The notes under the pieces were generated by a model. The model saw nothing but the letters and a program-made list of their open reading frames with translations. It was not told where the DNA came from and ran no database searches. The translations under genes were made by a program, and so were the position numbers. DNA of 64,000 bases. It comes from an uncultured Gammaproteobacteria bacterium. GTDB taxonomy: Bacteria > Patescibacteriota > Patescibacteriia > SBBC01 > CAIJZX01. The stretch covers positions 8,453 through 72,452 of the forward strand of contig CAZFGG010000002.1 of NCBI GenBank assembly GCA_964518425.1, in the 5' to 3' direction. Positions within the stretch are counted from its first letter, which is position 1. Each line of letters begins with the position of its first letter. Positions 21,314 through 31,359 of this stretch are shown in pieces.

Positions 21314-22246
21314 ATGGAGGGTGCCGTGGAAACTCCTCGCCCAAAGCGATTCGCTATGACTGGCATCGCCGGCTACATCGCACCGCGACATCTCCAGGCC
21401 ATTCAAGCCGTGGGAGGTGAGCTCATCTGCGTTCTTGATCCGCATAGCTCAGTCGGGATCCTCGATCGGTACGGATTCGACCAGACCGAGTACTACAGTG
21501 AACCAGAGCGATTTGCTCGCAAGCTGAGCAAGCTGCAGAATCGCGACGAAGGCATCGATTACCTGTCCGTTTGCAGCCCGAACTACCTGCACGACGCACA
21601 TTGTCGAATGGGCCTTGACAATGGAGCTGACGTGATCTGTGAAAAACCGGTGGTTATCAAGCCCGGCAACCTGTCGGAGTTAACCGCCCACGAGGCCAGA
21701 ACTGGGCATAGGATTTGGACTGTCCTACAGATGCGACACCACGCTGAGACCGATCGAATGCGCCAAGCAGTCGCTCAAGGTCATCACCAGGTCAAGCTGG
21801 ACTACAGTACACCCCGCGGCAAATGGTATCAGTACACCTGGAAGGGTGACCCAGAACGTTCCGGCGGTCTGATCACCAATATCGGTATCCATTTTCTGGA
21901 TCTCCTGATGTGGGTCTTTGGTCCGTGCACCGAGTTCACGGTCAATGAACGTTGGCCCGACCGAGTCTCTGGCCGTCTCAAGATAGAACGAGCCAACGTT
22001 GAATGGCGCCTGTCCATTGGTCAGGGCGAACGCCAGCGCTCGTTTGAGGTGAACAACGCGGGTTACAACTACACCACCGGGTTCGATGACCTCCATACGG
22101 CCGTCTACCAAGAGATCTTGGCGGGTCGCGGGTTCGGTGTCATCGATGCTCGACCGTCGGTCGAACTGGCCTGGGCTATCCAACATGCTCCTCTCAATCA
22201 GCCAACCAGGCCGGATTCGGCAATCCCTAGCGTGACTCGCATCTAG
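21314..22246 (+). CDS. WbpB/WlbA-like Gfo/Idh/MocA oxidoreductase (UDP-GlcNAcA 3-dehydrogenase type)
   Basis: AGYIAPRH, SVGILDRY, SPNYLHDAH, CEKP, WKGD..RSGG..TNIGIHF. Confidence 0.85.
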   Translation: MEGAVETPRPKRFAMTGIAGYIAPRHLQAIQAVGGELICVLDPHSSVGILDRYGFDQTEYYSEPERFARKLSKLQNRDEGIDYLSVCSPNYLHDAHCRMGLDNGADVICEKPVVIKPGNLSELTAHEARTGHRIWTVLQMRHHAETDRMRQAVAQGHHQVKLDYSTPRGKWYQYTWKGDPERSGGLITNIGIHFLDLLMWVFGPCTEFTVNERWPDRVSGRLKIERANVEWRLSIGQGERQRSFEVNNAGYNYTTGFDDLHTAVYQEILAGRGFGVIDARPSVELAWAIQHAPLNQPTRPDSAIPSVTRI

Positions 22247-22264
22247 AGTCACGCTTTTTCTTTT
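22229..22264 (+). terminator. Intrinsic terminator after the wbpB-like gene
   Basis: AGCGTGACTC-loop-GAGTCACGCT followed by TTTTCTTTT. Confidence 0.8.
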
Positions 22265-22375
22265 CGACAGTTTATTGTGCAAGGTTTCGGTCAAGGTATG
22301 ATTCGACGCTAACCCTAGGTCGAATGTAATCAATCTGTACCGCTCTGATTTCAGGATTGTTTTCCAAGGCGAAAT

Positions 22376-23968
22376 ATGATATATTTTTCAACCGTTACTA
22401 CCCTTTACCTCTCCATGGTTGAATCAACATCTGCTGACCAACATTATCCTACGGCCTCAACTGCGGCGTTGAATACCGTCCGCAGTTTTGCCAATTCAGC
22501 CCTGACGCTCGTTGGTGGAATAACGACGTCGCTCATCATCGCCCGAAGTCTTGGACCAGACCGCTTGGGTCAGTTTTCTTATCTTTCTTTTATCACTAAT
22601 TTGGTCGTGACGATCCTGACCCTTGGCTTAAGCGGTACTATAACTAAATTCGTCTCCGAATTTAGTGGAAAATTCGGTCAGTCCGTCGTCAGTGGTTTGT
22701 ATCGCTGGTTGCGTCGAATTGCTCCGATTGCCGCAGTGGCCGTGGCTACTGCCATCTCGCTAACGCTGTTAGCAGTGAATCCTCGTTGGCATTTTTCATC
22801 ACTGACTATTGCGTCGGCTGCCCTCTTGGGCGTATTTATCTATCTTGCGACGATGTGGCGGAGCGTAGCTCAGGGACAGCAATCTTTTTCTACTCTCCTG
22901 CGGGTGAACATTTGGAGCTCGTGGTTAGGGTTAACGTCCGCGCTGCTCGTCTTATGGCTTCATCCAACCGTCACTGCCTATATTTGGGTCATGGCTCTAC
23001 CGTTGGTAATGGCCGTTTTCGCACTCTTCAAGTCTTTACGTTTTCTCCAACGTATTCCGGCCGACAATCAAGAAATCCGACGACAAGTCAAATCTATGCG
23101 GGCATACCTCTGGCCAGTGGCTGTGATCAGTATTCTTGATATGATTGTCTGGCAGTACTCCGAAGTTCTCATTCTCGGTTGGTTCCGTAGTAGCGCCGAA
23201 GTGGCCTACTACGCCGTGGCGTTCAATATTGCTTCCGTCGCGATCACCACCGTCGCCTCTTCATTCGATGCGGTTTTTTTTCCGACCATTTCAACCCTGT
23301 ATGGCTTGGACGATCACGAGCGCATTCGATCGGCGAGCAGCGCCGGCTTACGATTTCTCGTTTTCTTACTCATCCCGTTGTGTTTCCTTCTGACGGTCAT
23401 GGCCCCTGGCATCATCCGTGCCCTGTACGGAGCAGCCTACTCTCCTGCTATTGCTATCACACCGGTGCTTATTTTCTCAGCCGGTTTCGGACGGATTTCC
23501 GGTATTGCCTCAAGTATCATGTACTCCTTGCATCGCCAAAAAATCATGCTTCGGATTATGTTCGTCATCGCAATCGTAAATATTTCATTGGATTTTATCC
23601 TCATCCCCAAATTCGGAATCTTGGGAGCAGCCCTCGCAAACGGGGTAGCACAAATTATCATCACCGTCCTCTCACTGGTGGTTATGCGCTCTCTAACGAA
23701 GCACATTGGGTCTTGGGGCATCTACCTCCGTCCCTTAGCCGCCAGCTTACCAGCGGTCTTCCTCGCGTGGCTGATATCCTCACTCATCCCTAATCTCGTC
23801 GGGGTTCTCTTGGGAGGACTGGCTGGCGGCTTTGTTTTCTTGTTCGCCGCGCGCTGGACAAAAGCCATTCGCCCATCCGATCGACAGTTGTTTGATGCTA
23901 TTGGTCAACGTCTCCCGAATCGGATCCAAAGACTTTACCAGCTCACTCTTGTATCCATATTCCGATGA
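22376..23968 (+). CDS. Wzx-type polysaccharide flippase
   Basis: IARSLGP..GQF, 12-14 TM, VAYYAVA, LIPKFGILGAALA. Confidence 0.88.
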   Translation: MIYFSTVTTLYLSMVESTSADQHYPTASTAALNTVRSFANSALTLVGGITTSLIIARSLGPDRLGQFSYLSFITNLVVTILTLGLSGTITKFVSEFSGKFGQSVVSGLYRWLRRIAPIAAVAVATAISLTLLAVNPRWHFSSLTIASAALLGVFIYLATMWRSVAQGQQSFSTLLRVNIWSSWLGLTSALLVLWLHPTVTAYIWVMALPLVMAVFALFKSLRFLQRIPADNQEIRRQVKSMRAYLWPVAVISILDMIVWQYSEVLILGWFRSSAEVAYYAVAFNIASVAITTVASSFDAVFFPTISTLYGLDDHERIRSASSAGLRFLVFLLIPLCFLLTVMAPGIIRALYGAAYSPAIAITPVLIFSAGFGRISGIASSIMYSLHRQKIMLRIMFVIAIVNISLDFILIPKFGILGAALANGVAQIIITVLSLVVMRSLTKHIGSWGIYLRPLAASLPAVFLAWLISSLIPNLVGVLLGGLAGGFVFLFAARWTKAIRPSDRQLFDAIGQRLPNRIQRLYQLTLVSIFR

Positions 23969-24993
23969 ACCAACGCCCTAGGACTACAATCGTTGGAGCT
24001 GGAAACATCAGCCTGAGTGTTCACTTACCAGTATTCAAACGGCTAGGAGTAGACGTCCAGACGATCATTGATCCGTCACCAGTTGCTCTCAAGCGGGCCC
24101 ATCGCTTTTTCCCGCAGGCCACATACCTTTCCCGAATAGAACCTGATGCCCATGGCAATGAGTGTGTTTTGATCGCCTCGCCAACTGCCTTGCACGCAGA
24201 ACAAGTCGAGCATTACTTGAGGGCAGGTGCTCATGTCCTGTGCGAGAAACCGTTGGCGACAGATGCCGCGGTCGCGACTACCCTCGTTAAGTTAGCCCAG
24301 GAAAAAAACGCAGTTCTTCGCGTCGGCTATGTCCGCCGATATCACGAAGCAAGTCAGACCATTAAATTAATGATAGCCGATCAGCGATTTGGACCCTTGG
24401 AAACAATTACAGTTGTCGCTGGACATCAGGCCGCTGGGCTACCAGCTTCGATGATGAACCCAAAGTTAGCGGGAGGAGGAGTAACTATAGATTTTGGCGT
24501 TCACGTGCTCGACAGTCTAAGATTTTGGCTGGATGAGCCACTCCACCTTCGTTCGTATGCAGATAATAATCTGGGCGGAATCGAATCGGACTCGTATATC
24601 CAACTGCACGGAACGCACAAAGGGCAGACGATACCGATTGATGTCCAACTGAGCCGAACAATAGACCTGGGCTATGTGGCCTTGGTGGTTTTTCGTGAAG
24701 CAATGGTGAGATATGAATTCGATACAGGCTATGCCCTACATGTTCTACCTCGCCAGCAACCGCCCACGAGCGCAAGTCCATACGCCAGACTGGAACAAGT
24801 TGCCCCACCGACTGACGCTTATGCCTATTTTGCCCGGCAGTGGCAAGATTTTGAGTCCAGCATTACTGGACAGAAAAGTGCCCTAGCGGATTTAGGATCA
24901 GCCGTTGAAGTCACACGTTTAGTCGCCGAGGCCTATGGGAAGAGACAGCCCTTGAAATTTGCGTTTGAAGAACTCTTTTCAACTCCGTTATGA
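23965..24993 (+). CDS. Gfo/Idh/MocA oxidoreductase
   Basis: IVGAGNI, HVLCEKP, GGGVTIDFGVH. Confidence 0.85.
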   Translation: MNQRPRTTIVGAGNISLSVHLPVFKRLGVDVQTIIDPSPVALKRAHRFFPQATYLSRIEPDAHGNECVLIASPTALHAEQVEHYLRAGAHVLCEKPLATDAAVATTLVKLAQEKNAVLRVGYVRRYHEASQTIKLMIADQRFGPLETITVVAGHQAAGLPASMMNPKLAGGGVTIDFGVHVLDSLRFWLDEPLHLRSYADNNLGGIESDSYIQLHGTHKGQTIPIDVQLSRTIDLGYVALVVFREAMVRYEFDTGYALHVLPRQQPPTSASPYARLEQVAPPTDAYAYFARQWQDFESSITGQKSALADLGSAVEVTRLVAEAYGKRQPLKFAFEELFSTPL

Positions 24994-26156
24994 AAATTGC
25001 TATCCTCGGCGCGTCGGGATCAGTTGGGGGTTGGGTGAGTCAGCGCTTGCTTGAAGCCGGACAGCAGCCCCGATTGATTGTTCGGAATTCCTTGGGCAAT
25101 CGATTGAGTCGTCGTAATAACCTCGATGTACGCCGATGCAATTTTTTAGATGTCGCCGCGCTGACCGAGGCCTTGCATGGAGTAGACGCCGTGATCAACT
25201 GCGTCATTGATAAGAACCCAGCTTTCGTGGAAGCTGACCTGGTCCCCCAAAATGTTAAGGTGTTACGGTCGATTGTGCATGCCGCGGCGTCAGCAAAAAT
25301 CTCAACGTTCGTACATGTCAGCAGTATCGTGGTTAAGCCGCCCCGATTAAGTGAAGATACACGTAAAAATGTCTGGCAATTTTCAACCGAGCGCGATTGG
25401 TATAGCCGAGCAAAGATCGCTACTGAAGAATTTTTGCGTCAGACCCATTTGCCGTTCGCCTGGACTATGGTTCGAGCTGGAATTATTACCGGTCCAGAAA
25501 GCGGCTGGTCGACGCTTGGCTTTGGCGCGAGTAAAGACATTATCTGTTTACCAGAGAACGTGCCCTCACTCTGTCACGTTGTTGATATTGATGATTTTTC
25601 CCGCCTACTCATCCATCTAGCTCAGCGGCGAGTTTTACCGCCGATTATCTACGGGATTAATCCAGAAATTGTTACCTGGGAGCACTTCTACAGATCCTAC
25701 GCAGGGGCCGTTGATGCTGAGCTGATGTTGATTAAGCTCCCTCGAAGCGAACTAGAGGCTCATGCTCAACGTCCCTCGTTCAAGCAAGAGCTCCTTCCTT
25801 GGGGAGCAAAATCGCCAATTATTAGCCGAGCAATTCGGTCTCCTATTGTGTTTAAACTCGCAAAAGCAGTCGTCCTTCGCATGGGCTGGCAGTTTCTCTT
25901 AGATGCTCCCCCCCAGGTCATCTCCGGGTCCCGAACAATTTCCTGGCCTGGACAATTCCGCCTTGAACAATACCTGAGTGACGCGAAGTTTAGTTCCGAA
26001 GAGACTGGAGCGACTGATGGATTCACTTACCGGATGTCGTTTCAAGAGTCTCTTGCTTGGGCTGCCAAATGGTGGCGAGCGGAAAAATCGATCGATGTCC
26101 GGCTGCCAAGTGAAACACAGCAACTCTTCCGATTGGCGCGACGTGCGATTAGATAA
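24990..26156 (+). CDS. NAD-dependent epimerase/dehydratase (extended SDR)
   Basis: GASGSVG, HVSS, YSRAK. Confidence 0.8.
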   Translation: MKIAILGASGSVGGWVSQRLLEAGQQPRLIVRNSLGNRLSRRNNLDVRRCNFLDVAALTEALHGVDAVINCVIDKNPAFVEADLVPQNVKVLRSIVHAAASAKISTFVHVSSIVVKPPRLSEDTRKNVWQFSTERDWYSRAKIATEEFLRQTHLPFAWTMVRAGIITGPESGWSTLGFGASKDIICLPENVPSLCHVVDIDDFSRLLIHLAQRRVLPPIIYGINPEIVTWEHFYRSYAGAVDAELMLIKLPRSELEAHAQRPSFKQELLPWGAKSPIISRAIRSPIVFKLAKAVVLRMGWQFLLDAPPQVISGSRTISWPGQFRLEQYLSDAKFSSEETGATDGFTYRMSFQESLAWAAKWWRAEKSIDVRLPSETQQLFRLARRAIR

Positions 26157-26160
26157 CGTC

Positions 26161-27099
26161 ATGCGATTACCACTGCAAACTTCCGTCATCATCTGTACCC
26201 TGGGTCGGGAAATGTCAGTCGTAGAGTGTTTAGATTCAATCAAAAAACAACTGGTGTTACCGTCCGAAGTGATTATCGTTGACGCGGCACCCGGGGTACA
26301 CCATCAACAATGGCGAAAGGTAGTTGAAGACAGATTTCCACTGCAGATCATAGAAACATCGGCTGGGTTAACCCATCAGCGTAACGTTGGCCTCGGGTAT
26401 GCCAAGGGAGATCTCATCGCTTTTTTTGATGACGATACAGTTTTAGAACCGGGCTGTTTGGCCGCGGTGATTGATGTTTTCGCGTCTGATCAGGAACAAA
26501 AGATAGGCGCGGTCTGTGGAAATATTACTGGGCAGCAACTTGTTTTTCGATCGCCGCTCTCACGATTACATGCCGTCGGTAGTCGAATTCTTTGTTTTAT
26601 TTTTTTTCTTTCTCGTCCTGGGAATGGGAATTTTTTACCCTCCGGCTTACCGACGTTTGTTCGACCAGGTCAGCGGCCAACTCGCGTCGAATGCTTGTAC
26701 GGTGCAGCCATGATATTTCGCGCTAATATTCTCAAGCGCGAGAAAAGTGATGAGCATTTAACGGCCTATGCCTATATGGAAGACGACGATCTGGCATACC
26801 GAGTGAGCCGACATCATGAAAATATATTTGTCCCCGCCGCTCGATTACAACATAACTCATCTCCAGCTAACCGACTTCGTCAAAGGGCTTTGGGTACGAT
26901 GTTCATTATTAACCATCACTATATTTTTCGAAAAAACTTTCCACAAGCAACATCATTCCGTTTAGCACATCTGCTGTCACTGATCGGTTACCCGTTACTG
27001 CAATTGTGGAATTTGAACCCCCGTCGAGCCGGTGGGGCAGTGCTGGGGTGGTGGTCTATTGTTTTTCGGTTAGACTCTTTATCAAAAATACAATTTTAG
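26161..27099 (+). CDS. Glycosyltransferase family 2
   Basis: SVIICT, IIVD, FFDDD, YMEDDD; start at ATG 26161. Confidence 0.88.
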   Translation: MRLPLQTSVIICTLGREMSVVECLDSIKKQLVLPSEVIIVDAAPGVHHQQWRKVVEDRFPLQIIETSAGLTHQRNVGLGYAKGDLIAFFDDDTVLEPGCLAAVIDVFASDQEQKIGAVCGNITGQQLVFRSPLSRLHAVGSRILCFIFFLSRPGNGNFLPSGLPTFVRPGQRPTRVECLYGAAMIFRANILKREKSDEHLTAYAYMEDDDLAYRVSRHHENIFVPAARLQHNSSPANRLRQRALGTMFIINHHYIFRKNFPQATSFRLAHLLSLIGYPLLQLWNLNPRRAGGAVLGWWSIVFRLDSLSKIQF

Positions 27100-27100
27100 T

Positions 27101-27757
27101 ATGAACCGAGTTCGGAGCGCGCTTTATCACCTTTGGTCAAAGTTTCTTCTCCGAATTTCCCGGAGAAAGTATTGGGAGATGCGCGCTAAAGATATCGACC
27201 TGGCCTATGGCCGCGATCAAGCTGACTTCCCCGTTGTGAAAAGAATTATCCACAAAATTGCTCCCCAACGGTTGCTGGATATTGGTTGCGGAACTGGTCG
27301 GCTTTTTCCTCTCTACCTTGAGGTCAGCATTCCGCAGGTCGTTGGCCAGGAATTAAGCACCTGGGCCCTTCAGCAAGCCCACCAACGATATCCCCAGGCC
27401 AGGTTTGAGCTGACTCACCAGCCGATCACCGCGTTGCCCTACCCGGAAAAGTACTTTGACCTGTGCATTTCTAATCGAGTCCTCTCGGCGATTCGTGTAT
27501 CAGACCTGCCCTCTGTTCTAAAAAAGATTGTACACATGAGTCGCTATTTTTACCTGAATGAGTTTAGCTTATCAGATGGTGGTCAACCTTCTTCGTATTG
27601 GTTCCGCCATGATTACCTGAAGATCCTAAAAAGTTTCTGTACCTTTACTGTCGTAGCAACCGGCCTGATTGAAAAACAAACGTACTACCTTTTCCGAATT
27701 GATTCTCTGCGCCCGGCGCTTAGCCCAGACGACCATTATTTGGCGCCAAAAAATTAG
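27101..27757 (+). CDS. Class I SAM-dependent methyltransferase
   Basis: LLDIGCGTG, FDL. Confidence 0.85.
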   Translation: MNRVRSALYHLWSKFLLRISRRKYWEMRAKDIDLAYGRDQADFPVVKRIIHKIAPQRLLDIGCGTGRLFPLYLEVSIPQVVGQELSTWALQQAHQRYPQARFELTHQPITALPYPEKYFDLCISNRVLSAIRVSDLPSVLKKIVHMSRYFYLNEFSLSDGGQPSSYWFRHDYLKILKSFCTFTVVATGLIEKQTYYLFRIDSLRPALSPDDHYLAPKN

Positions 27758-27771
27758 TCTACGAAATATCT

Positions 27772-28674
27772 ATGGCCGCTCAAACGCTAGTCTCGAAAAT
27801 AATTTCATGCCCACTCTGCCAGAGTGAGAAGTTTTCAAAAAAATATGAATTTACAACCCCGGTACAGTATGAAATTGTTCGTTGCAAGCGCTGCGGGCTC
27901 GTGTACATGAACCCCCAACTTCCCGCGGCTGTTCTTGATAGTTTTTATTCAGACGAACGGTATTATACTGGCGGAGCGGCCTACACCTACAGCGATGAAC
28001 GACGAGCAAGGGCATCATATCGTCTATTGTTTCATTCCCGCCTTCGCTCAATTGAGCGATTCGCTTCAAAAGGAAATCTGCTTGATGTTGGGTGTTCGTT
28101 TGGAGGATTTCTTGAGTGTGCACGAGAACGAGGGTGGAATGTCTATGGCCTCGATGTTTCACAGCCGGTCATTGACCATGTGCAAGCGCTGGGCATTACG
28201 GCTTTCTGTGGTACTTTACGCCAATCGACGTACGCGGATAATTTTTTTGACTGCATAACTATGGTTGAGGTCGTTGAGCATTTGCCTGACCCCTTAGCCG
28301 ACTTGCGAACCTGCTTCCAAAAGCTAAAGCCGGGCGGCTGGCTCATCATACAAACAGGGAATATTGACTCCCTCTCTTCAAAGGTGCTCGGGAAAAAGTT
28401 TAGCTACTACTTACCGGGTCACGTCGTTTACTTCAGCCCAGCCACATTGACCCGTATGCTTCGTCAAGCGGGCTTTGGAAAATTCCATCAATTTGCCGGC
28501 GACGCGATCCCCTATTCCGATCGAATCCGATCAATTATCCTCAGCGAGCATACCTCAAAAGAGAAGGTTAAGCGGGTCACGCTTTGGACCGCCTATTATA
28601 TCGCTCGGAAAATTGTTTTCAACCGCCCAATTTTAGGTTCAATAACTATCTACGCAAAAAAACTAACAACGTGA
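27772..28674 (+). CDS. Class I SAM methyltransferase with N-terminal Zn ribbon
   Basis: CPLC..CKRC, LLDVGCSFG, VEHLPDP, LKPGG. Confidence 0.88.
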   Translation: MAAQTLVSKIISCPLCQSEKFSKKYEFTTPVQYEIVRCKRCGLVYMNPQLPAAVLDSFYSDERYYTGGAAYTYSDERRARASYRLLFHSRLRSIERFASKGNLLDVGCSFGGFLECARERGWNVYGLDVSQPVIDHVQALGITAFCGTLRQSTYADNFFDCITMVEVVEHLPDPLADLRTCFQKLKPGGWLIIQTGNIDSLSSKVLGKKFSYYLPGHVVYFSPATLTRMLRQAGFGKFHQFAGDAIPYSDRIRSIILSEHTSKEKVKRVTLWTAYYIARKIVFNRPILGSITIYAKKLTT

Positions 28675-28778
28675 GCAGTTCTCAACCACAACGCTAGACC
28701 TTGAAAAGAATGTCCAGATATGAGAGTATACAGAGGAAAAGCTGATTACGGTTGCGTCTTATTTTGATCCGAACATTG

Positions 28779-30212
28779 ATGCTACGACGAACAAAAAAAC
28801 GGGTTCTGATTGTCGGCGCCGGTGTGGCTGGTCGAGAGTTAGCAACGGCAATTCAGCGACAATCACGTTCAACCACAGTGGTTGGTTTTCTTGATGACCG
28901 TTTTTCTGGGCGCCGAACCTCTTTTGGTCGCTACCATGCCCTCGGGCGGATTCGTGATTTGGGGGCTGTTGCCCACCGATATCGGGTAGACCAGGTCTAT
29001 ATTGCAATTCCTTCGGCTGAGGGCGGTGTCATCCGCAAAATTATTGCCGCCTGCAGCGATGCGCAAGTCTCCTTCCGTATCGTCCCACGCTTACTCGAAC
29101 TCGTCGAGGGGCATGTTCATCTCGACCAAGTTCGAGACATCCAACCGGAAGACCTCTTGGGCCGGGCAATTATCAAGGGTAACCAGCGGCAACTCCGTCC
29201 GATATTCAGGAATACAACGATCGTTGTGACCGGAGCGGCCGGATCTATCGGATCTGAGCTCTGCCGACAATTGGCGGAGTACCAACCGAAACACCTGATC
29301 GCCATCGACTGGTGGGAAAATGGATTGTATGATTTTGAAAACGAATTACGTCATCACCACCCTCGTTTAAAGTTGACGACAGTCATTGGTAATATCCAGG
29401 ATGAGCAGAGTATGACAGCGATCCTGACTCGGGTTCGTCCGGATATCGTTTTTCATGCCGCGGCTTATAAGCATGTCCCTTTGATGGAACGATTTCCCGC
29501 CCAAGCCATTCAAGACAATATTCTGGGCACATGGCATGTCGCCCAAGCAGCGAAGCGAGCCCGGGTGAAGAAGTTCTTGTTGGTTTCGACCGACAAGGCT
29601 GTTCGACCAACGAGTGTTATGGGCGCCTCAAAAGCCATTGCCGAAATGCTCGTCAGCCGCTTAAATGGAGGAAAAACAAAGTTTGCAGCTGTTCGTTTTG
29701 GTAACGTCTTGGGGAGTAGTGGCAGCGTTATCCCATTGTTCCAAAAACAAATTGCCCGCGGGGGGCCCGTGACACTGACCCACGCGGAGGTTGTTCGTTA
29801 TTTCATGTCTATTCCCGAGGCAGTTCAACTTATCCTTCAAGCTATCCAGTTGATGACGGGCCGAGAGATTTTTGTACTCGATATGGGCGAGCCAGTCAAA
29901 ATCCTTGAATTGGCACGAACGCTAATCAGGCTATCTGGTTATCGCCCGGATAAAGATATTCCGATCGTCTTCACTGGTCTACGACCCGGGGAAAAGCTCT
30001 ACGAAGAGCTGCTGACCGACCAAGAGGGAGTTCGGGCAACAAGAAAATCGAGCCTTTTTATTGCCACCAAACACCAAACGTCTCCGGCCGCCACCAGTAC
30101 TATCCTATCGGAAGCTCAGCGGCTAGCTGCCGACGGATCACTAACCGAGATTCGGGCCTTTCTCAAAAAACATGTTCCCGACTATCGTCCAACTCTTCAC
30201 CCTCATGCGTAA
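28779..30212 (+). CDS. PglF/CapD-like nucleotide-sugar 4,6-dehydratase without N-terminal TM domain
   Basis: GAGVAG, TGAAGSIGSEL, HAAAYKHVP, STDKAV, VRFGNV, RPGEKLYEEL. Confidence 0.9.
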   Translation: MLRRTKKRVLIVGAGVAGRELATAIQRQSRSTTVVGFLDDRFSGRRTSFGRYHALGRIRDLGAVAHRYRVDQVYIAIPSAEGGVIRKIIAACSDAQVSFRIVPRLLELVEGHVHLDQVRDIQPEDLLGRAIIKGNQRQLRPIFRNTTIVVTGAAGSIGSELCRQLAEYQPKHLIAIDWWENGLYDFENELRHHHPRLKLTTVIGNIQDEQSMTAILTRVRPDIVFHAAAYKHVPLMERFPAQAIQDNILGTWHVAQAAKRARVKKFLLVSTDKAVRPTSVMGASKAIAEMLVSRLNGGKTKFAAVRFGNVLGSSGSVIPLFQKQIARGGPVTLTHAEVVRYFMSIPEAVQLILQAIQLMTGREIFVLDMGEPVKILELARTLIRLSGYRPDKDIPIVFTGLRPGEKLYEELLTDQEGVRATRKSSLFIATKHQTSPAATSTILSEAQRLAADGSLTEIRAFLKKHVPDYRPTLHPHA

Positions 30213-31359
30213 CACCTTCCTGCCCTACAATGTACCGTTTATTGGCGACGAAGAAAAACGAGCTGTATTAGAAGTTCTCGAGTCTGGTTGGCTGACAACC
30301 GGGAAAAAAGTCCAGCTTTTTGAAGAAAAAATCAAAACTATCACTGGTGCCAAGTTCGCCGTAGCCATGAACTCTTGCACGGCTGGACTACATCTCTCAT
30401 TAGTCGCCCTGAACATCGGTCCGGGTGACGAAGTGATTGTTCCGGACCTGACGTTCTGCGCCACGGCGAACGTAGTTATTCACACTGGAGCCACCCCGGT
30501 TATTGTTGATGTTACCCGCGATACCTACCATATTGACCCGGCAGCTATTGAACGAGCAATTACCCCAAAAACCAAAGCAATTATTCCGGTCCATTACGCC
30601 GGCCAGGCTTGCGACATGGAAAAAATAATGGCCATCGCAAAAAAACATCACCTTTTTGTAATTGAAGACGCCGCTCATTCAATTGGCGTTACCTATAAGG
30701 ACCAGCAACTTGGAACTCTTGGCACGACAACTTCGTTTAGTTTTTATGTGACCAAGAATGTTACGACCGCTGAGGGCGGTGTCGTGACAACGAATGACGA
30801 AGCGTTGGCCGATCGGATCAGACGACTCACCCTCCACGGCATCAGTCGGGACGCGTGGAAACGATACAGTGCTGAAGGGACGTGGTATTATGAGGTTCTT
30901 GAACCAGGTTGGAAGTGCAACCTGACCGACTTGGCTGCGGCCGTGGGTATTCCGCAGTTGGATCGCATTCCGGATTTTTACCAACGCCGATCCGAAATTG
31001 CCGATATGTTAACAAAAGGACTGGCTGGCCTGAAAGGAATTTCGACACCAAAAACTCGTCCTGACACTTCTAACATTTGGCATTTGTATGTTATTGAGAT
31101 TGACGAGAAAGAAGCGAGGCTTAGTCGCGACCGCTTGATCGACGAATTAAAAAAGCGGAATATTGGCACGAGCGTCCACTTTATCCCCCTTCATCGTCAT
31201 CCAGCATACCGTCCATATGTTACATCACTGGATCAATTTCCGATTTCCGAAAAAGTCTTCCAACGAATTGTTTCCCTCCCGCTCTATCCGAAGATGACGG
31301 TTCAAGATACGCAGGACGTGATCGACGCTCTTCGCGACACACTCACATCTCATGCATGA
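30205..31359 (+). CDS. DegT/DnrJ/EryC1/StrS sugar aminotransferase
   Basis: SGWLTTG, NSCTAGL, IEDAAH, SFYVTKN.T.AEGG. Confidence 0.93.
   Translation: MRNTFLPYNVPFIGDEEKRAVLEVLESGWLTTGKKVQLFEEKIKTITGAKFAVAMNSCTAGLHLSLVALNIGPGDEVIVPDLTFCATANVVIHTGATPVIVDVTRDTYHIDPAAIERAITPKTKAIIPVHYAGQACDMEKIMAIAKKHHLFVIEDAAHSIGVTYKDQQLGTLGTTTSFSFYVTKNVTTAEGGVVTTNDEALADRIRRLTLHGISRDAWKRYSAEGTWYYEVLEPGWKCNLTDLAAAVGIPQLDRIPDFYQRRSEIADMLTKGLAGLKGISTPKTRPDTSNIWHLYVIEIDEKEARLSRDRLIDELKKRNIGTSVHFIPLHRHPAYRPYVTSLDQFPISEKVFQRIVSLPLYPKMTVQDTQDVIDALRDTLTSHA

Noticed and set aside
21725-22333. Long antisense or overlapping ORFs (202 aa here; also 56543-57130, 60551-61135, 5434-5973 and others)
   Set aside because: They lie opposite well-supported genes and have no motifs; treated as shadow ORFs
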